A stretch of DNA of 64,000 nt from Phoronis australis (Eukaryota > Animalia > Phoronida), in NCBI GenBank assembly GCA_002633005.1, contig NMRA01000003.1, positions 480,696 to 544,695 on the forward strand, given 5' to 3'. Numbering within the stretch: position 1 is the stretch's first letter; the number at the start of each line of letters is the position of its first letter. Made by a program: the position numbers and the translations under genes. A model generated the notes under the pieces. The model saw nothing but the letters and a program-made list of their open reading frames with translations, was not told where the DNA came from and ran no database searches. Positions 1 to 14,200 of this stretch are shown here, piece by piece.

Positions 1-134
1 TTGGAGATAGAGCAGCGGACGCCGGACGCCGGACGCCGGACGGACGCCGCCCGGACGGACGGACGGACGGACGGACGGACGGACAGAGATGACGGCATAA
101 TGCGTCCACATATAAATATGTGGGCGCATAAAAA
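1..134 (-). mobile_element. 5' end of a HINE/DINE-like (Helentron-associated) non-autonomous element, cut off by the window edge
   Basis: Near-identical reverse complement of 20846-20960 (subTIR atgcgcccac, hairpin, (GTCC)n microsatellite). Confidence 0.8.
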
Positions 135-189
135 TGAAGACACAGATAGACCCGGTGACACGCCTCCATGCATACACAAACACACATAC

Positions 190-377
190 CTTCAATGCAT
201 CGTTTGCTCCAACACCAGCCCTGTCCATAACTACCTCCAGCTGATCTCCACAACACTGTAGATCCCTCCTATCATACAGATGGAGACTCAGTATCTTGTA
301 CGCCTCGCAGCTGATGATATAATGCTGTCTAGCCATAACATAGTTGTTCCCTAATAAACCCTTCTCTTTGCACTTGT
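190..377 (-). CDS. PRKDC: PRKDC exon 68 (last exon in window)
   Basis: [29 protein letters not shown]...ALK; open frame, tttcag acceptor, gtatgt donor, phase fits. Confidence 0.75.
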
Positions 378-3300
378 CTGAAAAGAGGTCAAGGTCGGTG
401 AATACAGGGGTTGAGGTGTTCCATAGACGCAATAATGTTGCGAAGGAAGCTACCTGTGATCACGTGCTTTGTTTGTAAAACATGGAAATATCTTAGTAAA
501 CCTTACATGGTCTTGAATTTTCAGAAGCTTCTCATGAATACGGAACACACCCAAGTACACATCTTTTGCACATGACCTCAAGCAAGTTATATGACGACTC
601 TCGTTAAAAATGGAGATACTTCAAATTAACAGAGGCTACCTAACTGAAGCGTGTTTCACCTTAATAGAAACTTAGGAACAGGCAAACAAAGATATTCTAT
701 ACTGCAATTTGTACGAAATGCTGGAGTGGAAATGAGCCCATGCCATAGTTATTCATTCTTATAGCCAATCATACTTACCCATTGTGCCTAAACCGTTCAA
801 GACATACTTGATACGTTCTTGTGGATCAGAAGTTCGAAGTGCTCTCTTTTGTTGAGTGCTGGCATAAACGTGATTCCACTTGAGATTGTAATAATTGTCA
901 TCAACTCGTGACTAAAAGAAAATTACAACAACCATTAGGAGTCAAAAGAAACATCAGATCTGTAATTAAAAAAAATCAAAGCGCACCATGATGAGTCCGT
1001 GGTGTCACAACTGGTTATGAAATTCTAAACTTTAAATAGAATTAAGGAAAAACGACAGAAATGTGATTTTCAAAAACTTTTTCCGATCAGGAACATTGGG
1101 TGCAACGTAACCATAGAGGTGATAGTCACTATGAGAAGAGTAATGTTTTAACCTTGTGTGTTGCAGACAGCTGCTTCAAGGCTACGCATATGTTGTCTTG
1201 GAGACTGGCACTCTCTGCCTGCGACAGACGGAGCAAGTTTTTATGCAGCAGCATGGCTCTCATGTCACCATCTGAGGAGGAACCTTTGACGTCCATGAAA
1301 GTACACCTGACAACAATACAACACAGCCATTAACTGTTTTACACACGCACTCCAAGAGGCAGACCTCGTTTACTTCTAAATTCCAATTTAATCAACAGTC
1401 AGTGCAAAGTTTAACCCTCAAGGGACACAGTCAATGATTCTAGCACGTGTTTCACCAGTGGAGGGCTTGTTACCAATGAGTTAGGTGCTAAGCTCTTTTT
1501 CGTTTGATTACTATATGGAACTCTAGCATTCAGTGAATGCAAAACTGGCTGTCAATCATCATATTCAGACGTTAAGTAAATGCAAAACTAGCTGTCACTA
1601 AATGTACTCAGACTGACATTTTATAAGTGCAAAGCTAGCTCTCACTCGTGATCTGTGGTATTTAATGGAGCAACTTCATGACTTTGTAATTCTTGTTGTG
1701 CGCTAATGTATTGAAAAAAACACTTAAATTTCACTTACAATATAACTACTTGACTGGTATTTTGTAAAGCAATGCAAAAGTAGGTTTCCATCCACAGTCA
1801 TACACCAAGTGGCAGCTAAGACTATCCTTTCTCAGATTACTCGCACACATTTCATAAAGTGGTCACTCAGTGTGAAGACATTGCACAGTTAAATTTATGT
1901 TGCAATGTATGATTCTTATAAGTCAAAACGACGCGTTTGCAATCACGTGCCTAGAAGCATCTCAACCATCACCTGGTCAGCGACCTTTGGTAACTAAAAC
2001 AAATCACTGTAGTTAAGTTAGTGCACACCTGCCCTTTGTTCATGTGCTCTGGAGTTAATCCACAAGCTGACTCACCTATTGGTCACAACATCGTCCCACA
2101 CTGAGACCGGGTCGTTAACATTGTCTGGCATCCTGTCTAACCAAGTGTTCACTAAGCCACCAATGGAGTTTTGCTGGCCTGTAAACAGTGACATGTTGAT
2201 GTAGTTACCAGTGAAGAAGAGAATTTTTGTTCTCACAGTTAGATAGTTGTGATTTTGTGCTATTCTTCACAAATTGTATTCGAATTAAATCTGGTCTGCT
2301 GGACATACCCACAAAATTAAACTTCTAGAACCTCAAGGCATCACGCCTCTTTCAAAGGGAAGAAGGTACTGAATTTTGGCAGGAATTGTCGTCTCTTGCT
2401 TTCTCATCTGGTTAGCAACCACATATTGAGATCTGGTTAGCAACCTGACGTTGTGAGAAAGCAAGAGACAGCAGTTCCCGCCAGTCTTCAGTACCATCTT
2501 CCCTTAGAAGGAGGAATGATGCCTCCGAGGTTCTAGGAGTTTTATTTTGTGAGTATTGCCAAACAGACTAGATAAAATTCAAATACAATGAGCTTTCTTG
2601 GATGGATCAGCAATGACATTTTATGATTATTCTTCACTTATAAAATAAAATAATAAAACCAGAATTTAGTTTAAGTATTACAATCATTGCCATCACCATA
2701 ATGCTTGCATCCATTATAGTAATGACTTTGACATTAGTCCTCATAATGCTTTCCAAGGAGCTATACTTAAAGTCGCAGTAGGTTGGCAGCAGTACCTCTT
2801 ACACATGGAATTTGTTAATGGACAGTGGCGTGTCCATTAAAGCAACAGACAACACTGTCTTGCATTCATCACACTGCCAACAAGTCAAAACAAATACACT
2901 GATGACTTGGTGTGGCGGGCAGTTTGAAAGTCATTATTTTCCAGTAAAACTGGAGTTTTTATTAACACAGGTCTATTACAACAAAATTCATGTCGTTCCT
3001 TTAAGCAGTGAATGAAAAGTTCCTTAACAGTATAACTGCACCTTAGAATGCCTTACTAAGCCACCTTACCAGAGATGAAGAGAAGAAACTCGTGCAGCTC
3101 AGCTAGCCTCTGTATGCCCTGCAGTTTAGTCACACGACTAGACGTCATCAATCCATCCATACTGGCCCAGTCCTACAACATAATACTTCTCCACAACACT
3201 GATTGGTTAAATTTTGTAAAAGTTAGGTCCATCATCTTCAAATGCAACAGGTATATCAAGAACTCTCATATCACAGAAGTAATTAATTTTCAGGTACACA

Positions 3301-5183
3301 ATATTAAGAGTTCTCAATTGGAACCATATATTCCTAGTCAAAATACATTTCCAGCAAAGGGCCAATTACGTCGGTGATATAGAAGTCAACTATTTTGGTT
3401 CATAAAAGCATCTTCTGCATCCTCAGGAAAGATTAAAAACAAACTGACACATTCAAACTGTTGACCTACAAGGTCAAACAATTTCTACACATTTATGAGG
3501 TCCTTAACAATGAATACCTGTAGAAAAGCCTCCAGTGCAGTACTGGCATAGTGACGGGCCCTGTCAAAATCTTCTTGCCAGAGATACACCATTGCCAGTT
3601 CTTCTGCATACTTGCTCTGCAAAGTGATTTTTTGAAAACTATAACAGTCAATTGGGGGTGCCACAGTGGTCAAATCTGTGCCAAATTGACTGGTGCCAGC
3701 ACATTCCCACCGTATACCTCTGTGTCAAGTGTGGGCAAAAATTGCCAACTCATCCACTGATATCAACGCTTCCCTCCCACACAACTGCACCAAACTTCAT
3801 CATGATCTGTCAAACAGTTTCTGACAAAATCAGAGGACAAGCAAAAGGTAACAACAGACAGATAACACAATGCCAACTATACATGACCAAAAAACTTTTT
3901 TGTGGACGTACATTGAAAAGTTTTAACTTCCTACCTCCAGCCAGCTCCTTCGTTCAGGCGTCTTCATTGCTTCATCTATAAAGTCCAACAGATGCTGGGC
4001 CCTGTCACCAGCCATGCCATCCACCATCAACTTCAACTTGCTACGTATCACAAACGGCATGTAGTGCTCCTGATGATACGTGTCGGTCCACACTGTGCTC
4101 AGCTGTTCCTCCAGATTGTGTACTAAATAATCGTCCAGCTTCTCCCATTTGGTCAGGTTATCAAGACACTAGAATCACAGGAAGGAAGTTGACATTAGCT
4201 CATCCATGGTGTCAAGGTACTCTCGTCTAGTCATCCATGGTGTCAAGGTACACTGATAGAACCATGAACAAAAGCCGAACCAGTTTGGTCGCAAATCTTC
4301 ACATTCTTTTGGTTAAAAATGAAAGCAAAAAGGAAGGACCGTAAAAAGATCAGGGGAAAATCTGATAATTAAGGAATGAATTAAAACAGGCAATATAAGT
4401 AAACAAGGGCACCGCGGAGCGTTGAAATGCGTCCACGAATGCATTACAAATGGTGTGCTTTTAGGGTTATTTATTTGTATCATACAAATGGCCACTAGAT
4501 GGCGCAGTAAACATACAATCTATCCACAAACAGGAACATGCCATATTTCATAAAAATCTGTCAAGGAACTTCAGAGAAACAAAGGAAAACAATGAAATTG
4601 CCACTAGAGGGCCCAGTGTCCGTTGGATACGCCTGAAAGTCGCCGTCGTCTGTTGTTAACTTCATATAAATACACTTACTAAATTTAGTAAAGATCCTGG
4701 AGTGGGTTTGACAGACAAAAACAGACAGACACATGTAGGTAGTAGTCCTCTCACCAACAGAGACAGACATATACACAATCAGACAAAAAACAGACAGACA
4801 CATGTAGGTAGTAGTCCTCTCACCAACAGAGACAGACATACAGACAAAAACAGACAGACACATGTAGGTAGTAGTCCTCTCACCAACAGAGACAGACATA
4901 CACACAATCAGACAAAAACAGACAGACACATGTAGGTAGTAGTCCTCTCACCAACAGAGACAGACATACACACAATCAGACAAAAACAGACAGACACATG
5001 TAGGTAGTAGTCCTCTCACCAACAGAGACAGACATACACACAATCAGACAAAAACAGACAGACACATGTAGGTAGTAGTCCTCTCACCAACAGAGACAGA
5101 CATATACACAATCAGACAAAAACAGACACACACCTGCAGGAAAGAGTCCTCCCACCAACACAGACAAACAAACAGTAGAAACA

Positions 5184-5236
<53 letters not shown>

Positions 5237-8200
5237 CAGTAGGTAGCAGACCTCCCAAGTACACAATCATACAGACAGACAATGACAGAAAGCCACACAC
5301 CTGTAGGTAACAGACCTCCCACGGACACGTACAGACAAAAACAGACAAAGACATACAGACACACAGACAAAGACTGACAAAGACAGACAAACAGACACCT
5401 GAAGGTAACAGTCTTCCCACATGTCCACTTCTCCATCTGTGGGTTCAGTCGTCCACTCTTTCTTCAGGGCGTCCAGGTACACTAACTCGGCCTGGTTGTA
5501 GTCACCTTGTGACTCAAACTCCAGGGCCTGACGAGTCTCATCTTTTGAGCCGATCTTGGAGGCAAAAACACCACGCAGGACATCGTAGTCATTGAGAGAT
5601 CGATAAAGTCTAGGAGAGGCAAACCAACGCAATCAATGTTTCAGTTGCTGCACCAAAAAAAAAAATTCTCTCAATTCACGTGAATATACTGTGTTAAGTA
5701 TTCTGTAATGATAACACGGACTTCAGAATAAAAGTAATGTTCTAGAACAACTTACTTATCCTTTGAACTGATTTTTCAATTAATATTTTAGAATACAGAG
5801 AGGATAAAAAAAATCTGCTCAAATAAATTATGTTACAGGTTTGTGTGAGGTAACTGTATCATGCGAATTATTATTCAAGTGAATTTGCTTAATTAAATAC
5901 TAATTAGACAAAGGAAAGCTTAATGAATTCTAAAAGTGCCAAGGTTGTCATGACAGGTTAATCTAATGTATCAGCAGTAAAGTCAATACTGATTCAATAG
6001 CCTGACAATAGCCTGTGTGAATTCTGCACAGTATCTATGTCTCATGTCTGTCTCAATTACCTTGGCATGAATCTAACCTGTTGCTGAATATTAATGAGAA
6101 TTCAACTGAGCTTTGCCAGACCTTATGAGAGACCATGAAACAAGATGGCAATTTTGTACTTTTTTCTGCCGAAGTTAAAAACCCACCAGTGGTCTATTCA
6201 TCACCTACCAATACCATTGATTTCTGTCAGGCAGTTGACAAGGAGATAGATTAAGTGAAGCTAGTATCTTTCAAATCTGATACTGTTACACTAGCGTAAC
6301 TAGCAAGATGATTGCCATTTAAAGTGATTAGTCGGTTACGCCAGAGTTTTTGAATTTCGGGCAGGAAACAAGACATCAACTCGTTATTTCGCTTGAATAA
6401 GACAAGAGTTCTTGCCGCATTTGTTCCGCGGATATCTGGTCATGCATTAATGCATGCTCCCCCACACAGCTGGGTATACCAACACACCTCACTTCACTTT
6501 CCACTCCTTGTATGTGTTCATCAGACAAATGCTTACCTTGCCAGTTCAATCCAAATCACAGTCTCTTCAGGTGTTTTAGTCACACCCGTACGAGCTCTCT
6601 TTCTTGGCTGTTCACCCCGTTCATACTGTAGCAACATGTTCTCCAGCAGAGCGATGCCTAGCACACAGTACAACACAGGAAATGTGTTAAGGCAAAAAGG
6701 CTAACTGCACAGTAAATGGGCACATGGTCTTAACCCTGTTCACTTTATCACACATCCAAGCAAATGTCCTAATCTTAATTTTAGGCACTCACTAAGACCA
6801 CGACATCTTCCAAGACAGTCCCATATACATGATAGTATGAAAGACGCTTGACATGCAAAAATTTTTACGAAATGCTGATTTTTGATGTCAGTGCTATTTG
6901 TACCACTCTTTATTGTGGAGCTCATGCACAAAAATGCAAAATATTTTTAAGCACTACCACTCAACACAAAAACCAATATAATATGATTATGTGGTAGGAC
7001 AGATACATCTCCTCTGACACACTGTTACCTAGAGGTTGTTGCTGACTGGTGACAGCAGCTGTGTTGATCTGACCGGGGTCTAACTTCAACTTTGTTGAGT
7101 TGTTGTAAGCGATATCCTGAAAAAACAATGACACTGATTCGCTCTATAAACCACAACTAATACTGAAAAAAATAATTTGGGACAGAAGTGACTTTCAAAA
7201 TTTATAGTGCTTTTCCACCAGATTCTTTACAGGTTGATTACAATGCAAATGCTCAAAATGTTGTTTGGTGACAGATGCCCTAAACAAAGCATGCTAAACA
7301 CAAAAGATGCTAGAAAAGCTAATAATTTTCCAGACCAGTATCCAAGAGTACACAAAACAACTATGAACTTGAGAAGATAGAGCACTAGATAGTTTCACTA
7401 GTCAATCATACTGTAACCTCAATTAAAGAGATTTTACTGTATGTGCAAGACATTGCCTTAACAGTCACTATATTTTAAAAAATGTGCTTTTCATGAAAAG
7501 CAACAATTTTCCACAAACAAGATTTATTTACACACGAAATTTCCAAATTCTGTTTCTATATTTCACTAGTTACAAAGGCATGTCTAGGATTTTCTTTTCA
7601 GGCCTTTTAGCCGGACAAGCTCAGCAGACAAAAATGAAGACTTCCATTTTGTTTTTTCAAGTTGACGCTTTCATTGTTGACAGTAGGGTCCCCGGCCAAA
7701 AACGCTTCAAAAGAAAATCCCATTACAAATACTTTTTTGTTACTAATAGAAAATTTAAGCAAGCATGCTATATAAATCAAAAGTACTTTCTTCTAAATAC
7801 AAAATTGTTTTCCTTCAGAATCCTTCTTGTAATAGAGTATGAAACAAAATGTTTTGTAACATAGACAGTGTCTAGTGAACAGCAGACTGACCATGAGACA
7901 ACCAATGAACGGCGCGTAATAAGACATAGACATATCCAGCATTGTGTTCAATGACTTGTTGACATTATTAGCAATGGTGTCGACGTCTCTGTTGTGATCC
8001 TCATGTGCTGCCACGAAGAGAGCGGAAAAAAGTGAACTGAACAGCATTCTGGCTATAGAACTGTCTTTCTGTAAAACAAACAATACTTAACAGAGGGTGT
8101 TGATAGAGGAGGCAGTGTGGCCTAGTGGGATACATGTTCACTTCCTTTACTGAAGGTCGTGGGTTCCAGTCCCACTGGGACACACTGCTAGCCACTTTAG

Positions 8201-11200
8201 TCAGTTCTCAAGCTCCTCAGCTCGGTTATAACATAACATTAATAAAGAATAAAAATAACCAGGTGATCAATGCAAAGGCTCACCTGAGTGGCCTGCACAT
8301 GTCTGGTGCAACGTGCACTAGACTGTCAGTAATAGGAGACTTGCAAATAGCAACTTTGCAACTGGTCACGTGCGATCGTATACCAGTGGCCTCCAGAGGA
8401 CGAGGAGGCACTTTATAACTTGTTTAAAACATATTCCGTGTAATCATATTTATACTATAAAGGGGTCTTTTCACAAAGTCAAGCTGTTCCTCTATGCCAC
8501 CCGCTTAGAAGACAAAGTAACTCCCAATACAGCTAGGTAGCACTATGTGTCACCGGTCCCACATGATCAACCCCCATGATTGCTTTCTTAAAGTCTCCCA
8601 TTGATCACAAAGGATTGACAAACTACCGGCTCTCAAGAAAACACATAGTATTCAGAAGAATGCTGAACAGCAGAATACTGAGTAGCTGAGTGCCGAATAC
8701 CAATTGACAAAATTGTCATATTTCAGTTTTCAATGACTTACTATCCTTCCTAAGAAACTACACACCTGCCATGTTTCGAAGTGCCACCTATCATCTACAG
8801 TTTAGAGAGTGCTTCCTTTTAATAATTAGTATCAAGGTTATTTAGGACAATAGAGGAATTCCAAACTTGGCTAATTTCAGAACATCATATCTCAGAAATG
8901 GTTCATCCGATTCGTATGAAGTTTCAGATATTATGCCCTATTCTCCACAATACACTGGTACTCAGGACATGTTTTTGTCGGATATTGTGCTCTTGACAAT
9001 TTCCAACAGTTTTCCGATGTTTTCTAACCCCAATCATCGCCGATCTGATGCTTCATATATTTGTAACTTTCAGTTGATTTTTAAGAACAACAAATGCTCA
9101 AAATCTGTAACATTTGAAAACCGAAACATAGTGATGTTTCAGTAATTTAGGACACAGCTGTAACAGCTGTTAGTCCTGCCTAATTCTACAGCTTCTCTGT
9201 GTATATGTGGTAGTTCTAGCTTCCCTACTATGGCGGAAAGTCACAACAGTCTATCGTTTGCTGATCTGAAGACTGCAGACAGCAGAATAAAGTGTATGAG
9301 TTATCATGTAAACACCTCTCTCAGTCACTGAACATAATTCACACATCCACAAAAAGAATCCATATGTCCATCAATAAGTTATAAAAGAGGCTGCTGTACT
9401 CAAAATGCAGTAATTATAAACTGCAGTAAAATAAACACACAAAATAGAAGGATGTGAACGCTTCAATCAGAGCTCATGATATTTTGGTAAAAATTGAGAT
9501 TAGAAAGCATTTCTGCATAAAGCACATGACCAGCTCCCAAGGTTGAGTCTCACCTGTGCGAGGGCTTGTAGAGGTGCTATAATATAGGAGTACTTGATCT
9601 GTATATCAGGTAAGTCCCCAATTCTGTACTGACGGTACAGCGTTACCTGACTCTCTCTTTTGGCTTTGTGCTCTCTGAGAATCTCCTGCATGAAGACCAT
9701 GATATACATTGATTACAATGTCAATGAATGTAACACATGGGACACTAAACAACTTGCAGTGATTACAAGCACTTAGTAAATTACACTAACTTGTAATTAC
9801 TTTAAGCAAAAAAAGCTCTGACCAGTGAAAACAAAAAGGTTGGTTCCACATGAATGCATGGTGCCCATAATAATCACTATGAGGCATAAACAAAGGCCCT
9901 CTTCCAATCATCTGTCGAATTGATTTAGAACATAAAGCAGTCTACTAGTATGGGACTGTTTAAGTACGAGATAAGCGGCCCACATGATCTGAATACAAGC
10001 ACTTCTACAGATTGAACCACTGATTAAGTGGCGCCATCCAGAGTTTCCCCATTGTCACCTGCTCCTTCCTTTTCTTCTGATCAGCTGATCGGTAAAAGAC
10101 GGACTTGTGTTTGTCGGATGTCTGATCCTTCAAGAACCTGCGTCTGAGGTGATGAAACTCACTATGCTGACTCGGCCCTGAAAAACACATCAGATGCCCA
10201 GCTATTTGAGATTTAGTGAATTAAGTTGAAACCGTGTAATATCAGGAGAGTATTGTTCAGCGGAAGCACAGAACGGTACTCCAACGTTAAGCCGACAAAT
10301 CAGCAACAAATCAATCCAAAGGCAAGGTCAATTTTCCACAAACATGCACAAAGTTCACATTTTGTTGGAGATTAGGAAGTACATAATGGGAGAGAATATT
10401 AACCAAATTGACTAACATTACAGAAGGAGTGTCTACCCAACACATTTCAGTAAAACAGTTCTGTTATGTAAAAACCATAAACGCATGCACTTTCATACAC
10501 TAAAAGTGATCGCAATTCAAGTACGCTAGCACCAGTCAACCATTTCAGAGTAATTTACTTACTTGGGTACCAAAAACAAAGACACGCCTCCCTATCCATT
10601 ATCTCCCCAACTCACAGCATAACTTTACCTGCAACTCGAGAGTCAACTGTATCTTGACCAGCAGGCAACTGGCCAAACCCGGTTCCAGTCAGTTTCGCTC
10701 TCCGGCGACCAGCTGGTGTCTTGGCAGGAGACTGCCCCATTGTGAACATGAGTGAAGACTCAGACCCTAGAGATCCGTAATCAGCAAATGTATCCAAGCT
10801 ACTCTGTGTTAACCAATTGTATGGAGCCTTGGAACCACCTAGAATAAACATGAGTTCAGGAGTACTGAACCATTGACAAATGAATAGTACATTTTACAAA
10901 AAAGACAAATTTAGGTATCTCGTTGGAACCAAAGCTTGAGAGTGTTTTGCAGTAAATTTGACATCATGCAGAAAGAACTACATGATATTTGAGATCTGAA
11001 ATGCTACTTGTCACTTTCAAAATCACCACCTTAAAAGCATTTTTTAAAATTCCAGTCTGCAAAAATTCAAGTTCTATGGTACCCAGCTACAGGTACTGCC
11101 AAAAAGAGTAGTTTTAATTTTTTATCTGTCTTAGTAAAATCTAAAATGGGATCACAAAAGTCTAGTTCTGTTCCCCAAAAGGGTGTTGCAGAGCAAAATT

Positions 11201-14200
11201 GCTCACTGCATCAAAAGTGCAGCTCGCACAGTACCAGAGCCAGGCCACTGGGTAATTTCGATACAAAATCCAACCCACCATCCTGAGTCGCTGTAAACTG
11301 AACATCCATTGTTTGTCGCACCATGCCTTGGGCCAGTGACTCCTGTGGCGAGTCCAACTCTTGGGAACTCGACACCAGCGTCTCGGCGAATAATGGCGTC
11401 ATTGTGGCATGCCTCTGACGCCAGCTCGACTGCACGCTGTAACTCTAAATGTGGACAACAGATGGGGTGAGAGGAAGTAGATAGGAATGGAATGTGACGC
11501 CACAGTCACATGAGTCTAATACAAAATAGCAAGCAATCACATTTCTGTTAAAAACGGAATATGGCTTCACATCATTTTTCTTATATATTTCTTCTTACAT
11601 AAACCCAAAAACATTATTCAGTGCCAGCAAGTAAAATACTAGTACAATGAAACGTCAAACTTTCCCACCATAACAAACTAGACAAAAGTTGTAATATTAT
11701 TGGCCAGGCACAATTTATATACCCGATTTTTCACATCATTTACTCAAATATTTGACCTCATGTTCTACCAGCAAGAAAGCATTCAATGGTTTATTAGAAC
11801 ATTTAAACCTAATTTTTATTGGATAACATATATCTTGCTAAACAATTTGAATGCATACCTCAAATTTACAATTAGACAGTGGCTGTTCAAATATTGGTCT
11901 GTTGTAGTCGGGACTTTTAGATGTCATCTCCAGCATAAGGTTGGTAGCATAACTGAGGTACTGCACCTCTGTGGCAGGTGTGTACATACTGTCTAATATG
12001 GCTAGCAGACGGTCAACAGTGACTACTGACAGGCGTGACTCATGACTCCAGAAGTTCTGTACGGTAAGTCGACTGGGCAGATCTTCATCAGTGAGACCTC
12101 TCAACAGATACTCCTTAGCCATAGATACAACCTTGGATCCTTCATCTGAAGTAGTCATCCTGTAATGAGATACAAAACAAAACAATAAGAAGTACACATC
12201 AAGACCTTACCTAAACACTTAGTGATAACACATAACATGACTGTTGTGACTCACAGAAACAGTAAAATAATAGGTTCAACATTAACATGTATTTGCATGC
12301 TCCTAACTATGCTAATATATAGCAGGAAATAAACGATGCTAAACAAAGTTCAGTTGTATTCATTGACAACTTGTAAAATGTAAAAAAATTGCATATAGAT
12401 GACCTTTGCACTAATGATGCAACTTGGGGCTCACATAGCCCGCACCATGCAGTGTTATTCCCCCACACCACATCACGATACTGACTGGATACGGTTGAGT
12501 GATTTATGGTGGATCATTTTCAACACAAAACTCGAACTTGAAAAAACATTTGGCAATTTTCAACCTACTTCATATTCACATCATTGCTATATGTTGCATT
12601 TTTAACTCATTTGACCAAGCAATCACAGAAATAAGGAATTAGTGTGCAAGTTCCACTTTGTCTCAGTACTAAACACTAGAATTTGTGAAGTTGTGTAAAC
12701 TATGTGATCAGTAATCCTGCACATAAACATGGCCACTGAGCAGAAATGCACTTCATGCATAGACTTACTTAACTCTTACTGTGACACTGAGTAAACAGGA
12801 CGTTAGACAAAATTTAACATTCTACACGAATGAATAATGATTACTTTATAAGAAGATCAAACTTACCTGTAGTTATCATAGATCCACATGAGTATATCAT
12901 ACATGACCTTCCTACACACTACGCTGGACACATGACTGCAACTCACAACTGGAGCCATCAGTTGCAACACTTCAGAGACATCCAACTTTGGCAACATCTT
13001 GTTCACTATCTTCAAACAGCTCAACTGGATGTCTTCATCTCTAACAAGTACAATGCAAGGGGTTGATTTGGGCTCACATCGGTGCATCCCAAATGGTAAG
13101 CAATGTGGAATGCTCATTACTTTCACAGAACACAAGATTCAATGAGATTAGATTACCTAAGACCTAAAATTACGATATATATTGCAGACGCGGTCAGGTA
13201 CACATTGTACCAGATACTGCTCAGAAGGGCCCAGTGTACAGATCATCTCCAACCATTTTATGCTCGATTAATTAATATAGTTAAGATTGAGCTGAAGAGC
13301 TAGAGACCTGACTCAAGAGTCTAGCATTGTGCCCCAGTGAGACTCGAACCCAAGACTTTCAGAAAAGGAAGCGAACAGGCAACATTGCCTCTTCTAAAAT
13401 TGACATAAGTAGAATGAAAAAAATCCTTATTGATGCTGACACCTTTCCAAAAGAAGTTTAAGGAGCACCATAATAGTGAGAATTGGGGAATAACTCCCTG
13501 ATATAGCGTTTTCATAAACCGACCTTAAATCAAAAAGTTTCAATCATATTTGTGCTGCAGAGCCTTTACTGTCATATACCTGTGTGACACAAAGCAATTT
13601 CCATCACACACCTGTGTTGTACAAAGTGATTAATACCACATACCTGTGCTGGAGCATGTCCAATACACCTTTACTCTTTAGTTCCAAAAACACACGCTCT
13701 ATACTGTCTACCCGAGACTGGATGACTTCCAGACATTCATAGCGGAACTGGCCATGTAACTTGGGCAGATTGAACAATAACTTGTTCTGAAATCTAAATA
13801 AAAGAAACAACAACATACAGTATAAATATTTATCTACTTGGTTCAGTGAATTAAAACTAGATTAACTTTTACACTACATTGGAATTAGTGGAACTAAAAA
13901 CGTACTATTGGTGATACTTGAGAAATGCATTATTTTCAAAATCACACCAAACCACCATAGATGTCACCAGATTCACACTTCTCAAGTTCTTCAGCTACGA
14001 TTACCGCTCATTTAATTACTAGTTTAAATATTTTATACAGCAGAATAACTCATTAGAGTTTAACACTCCGAGTTGTTAAACTGCAATCAATTCAGGAATT
14101 TAAATCAAGTTACATTTGACGCTACACTAACATGTCATATTACTGGTCAGCTTTTGGAGGATAGTATTAGGCTCATCTTGTAGACATGGTGTGTCCGATT

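Noticed and set aside
378-453. Alternative acceptor at 453 for exon 68
   Set aside because: It introduces an in-frame TGA before 377; the tttcag acceptor at 377 keeps the frame open.
4199-4251. Short direct duplication (tcatccatggtgtcaaggtac twice) near the exon 62 acceptor
   Set aside because: It does not include the splice site, so it is ordinary slippage and not counted in the donor-duplication series.
4561-5436. Several overlapping repetitive ORFs ([20 protein letters not shown]...)
   Set aside because: They are translations of the tandem array and the (CA)n microsatellite; only 5399-5609 is real exon.
8106-8180. Possible tRNA gene
   Set aside because: A and B boxes are present but no convincing cloverleaf, and it continues into a body shared with a second copy, so it is a SINE head.
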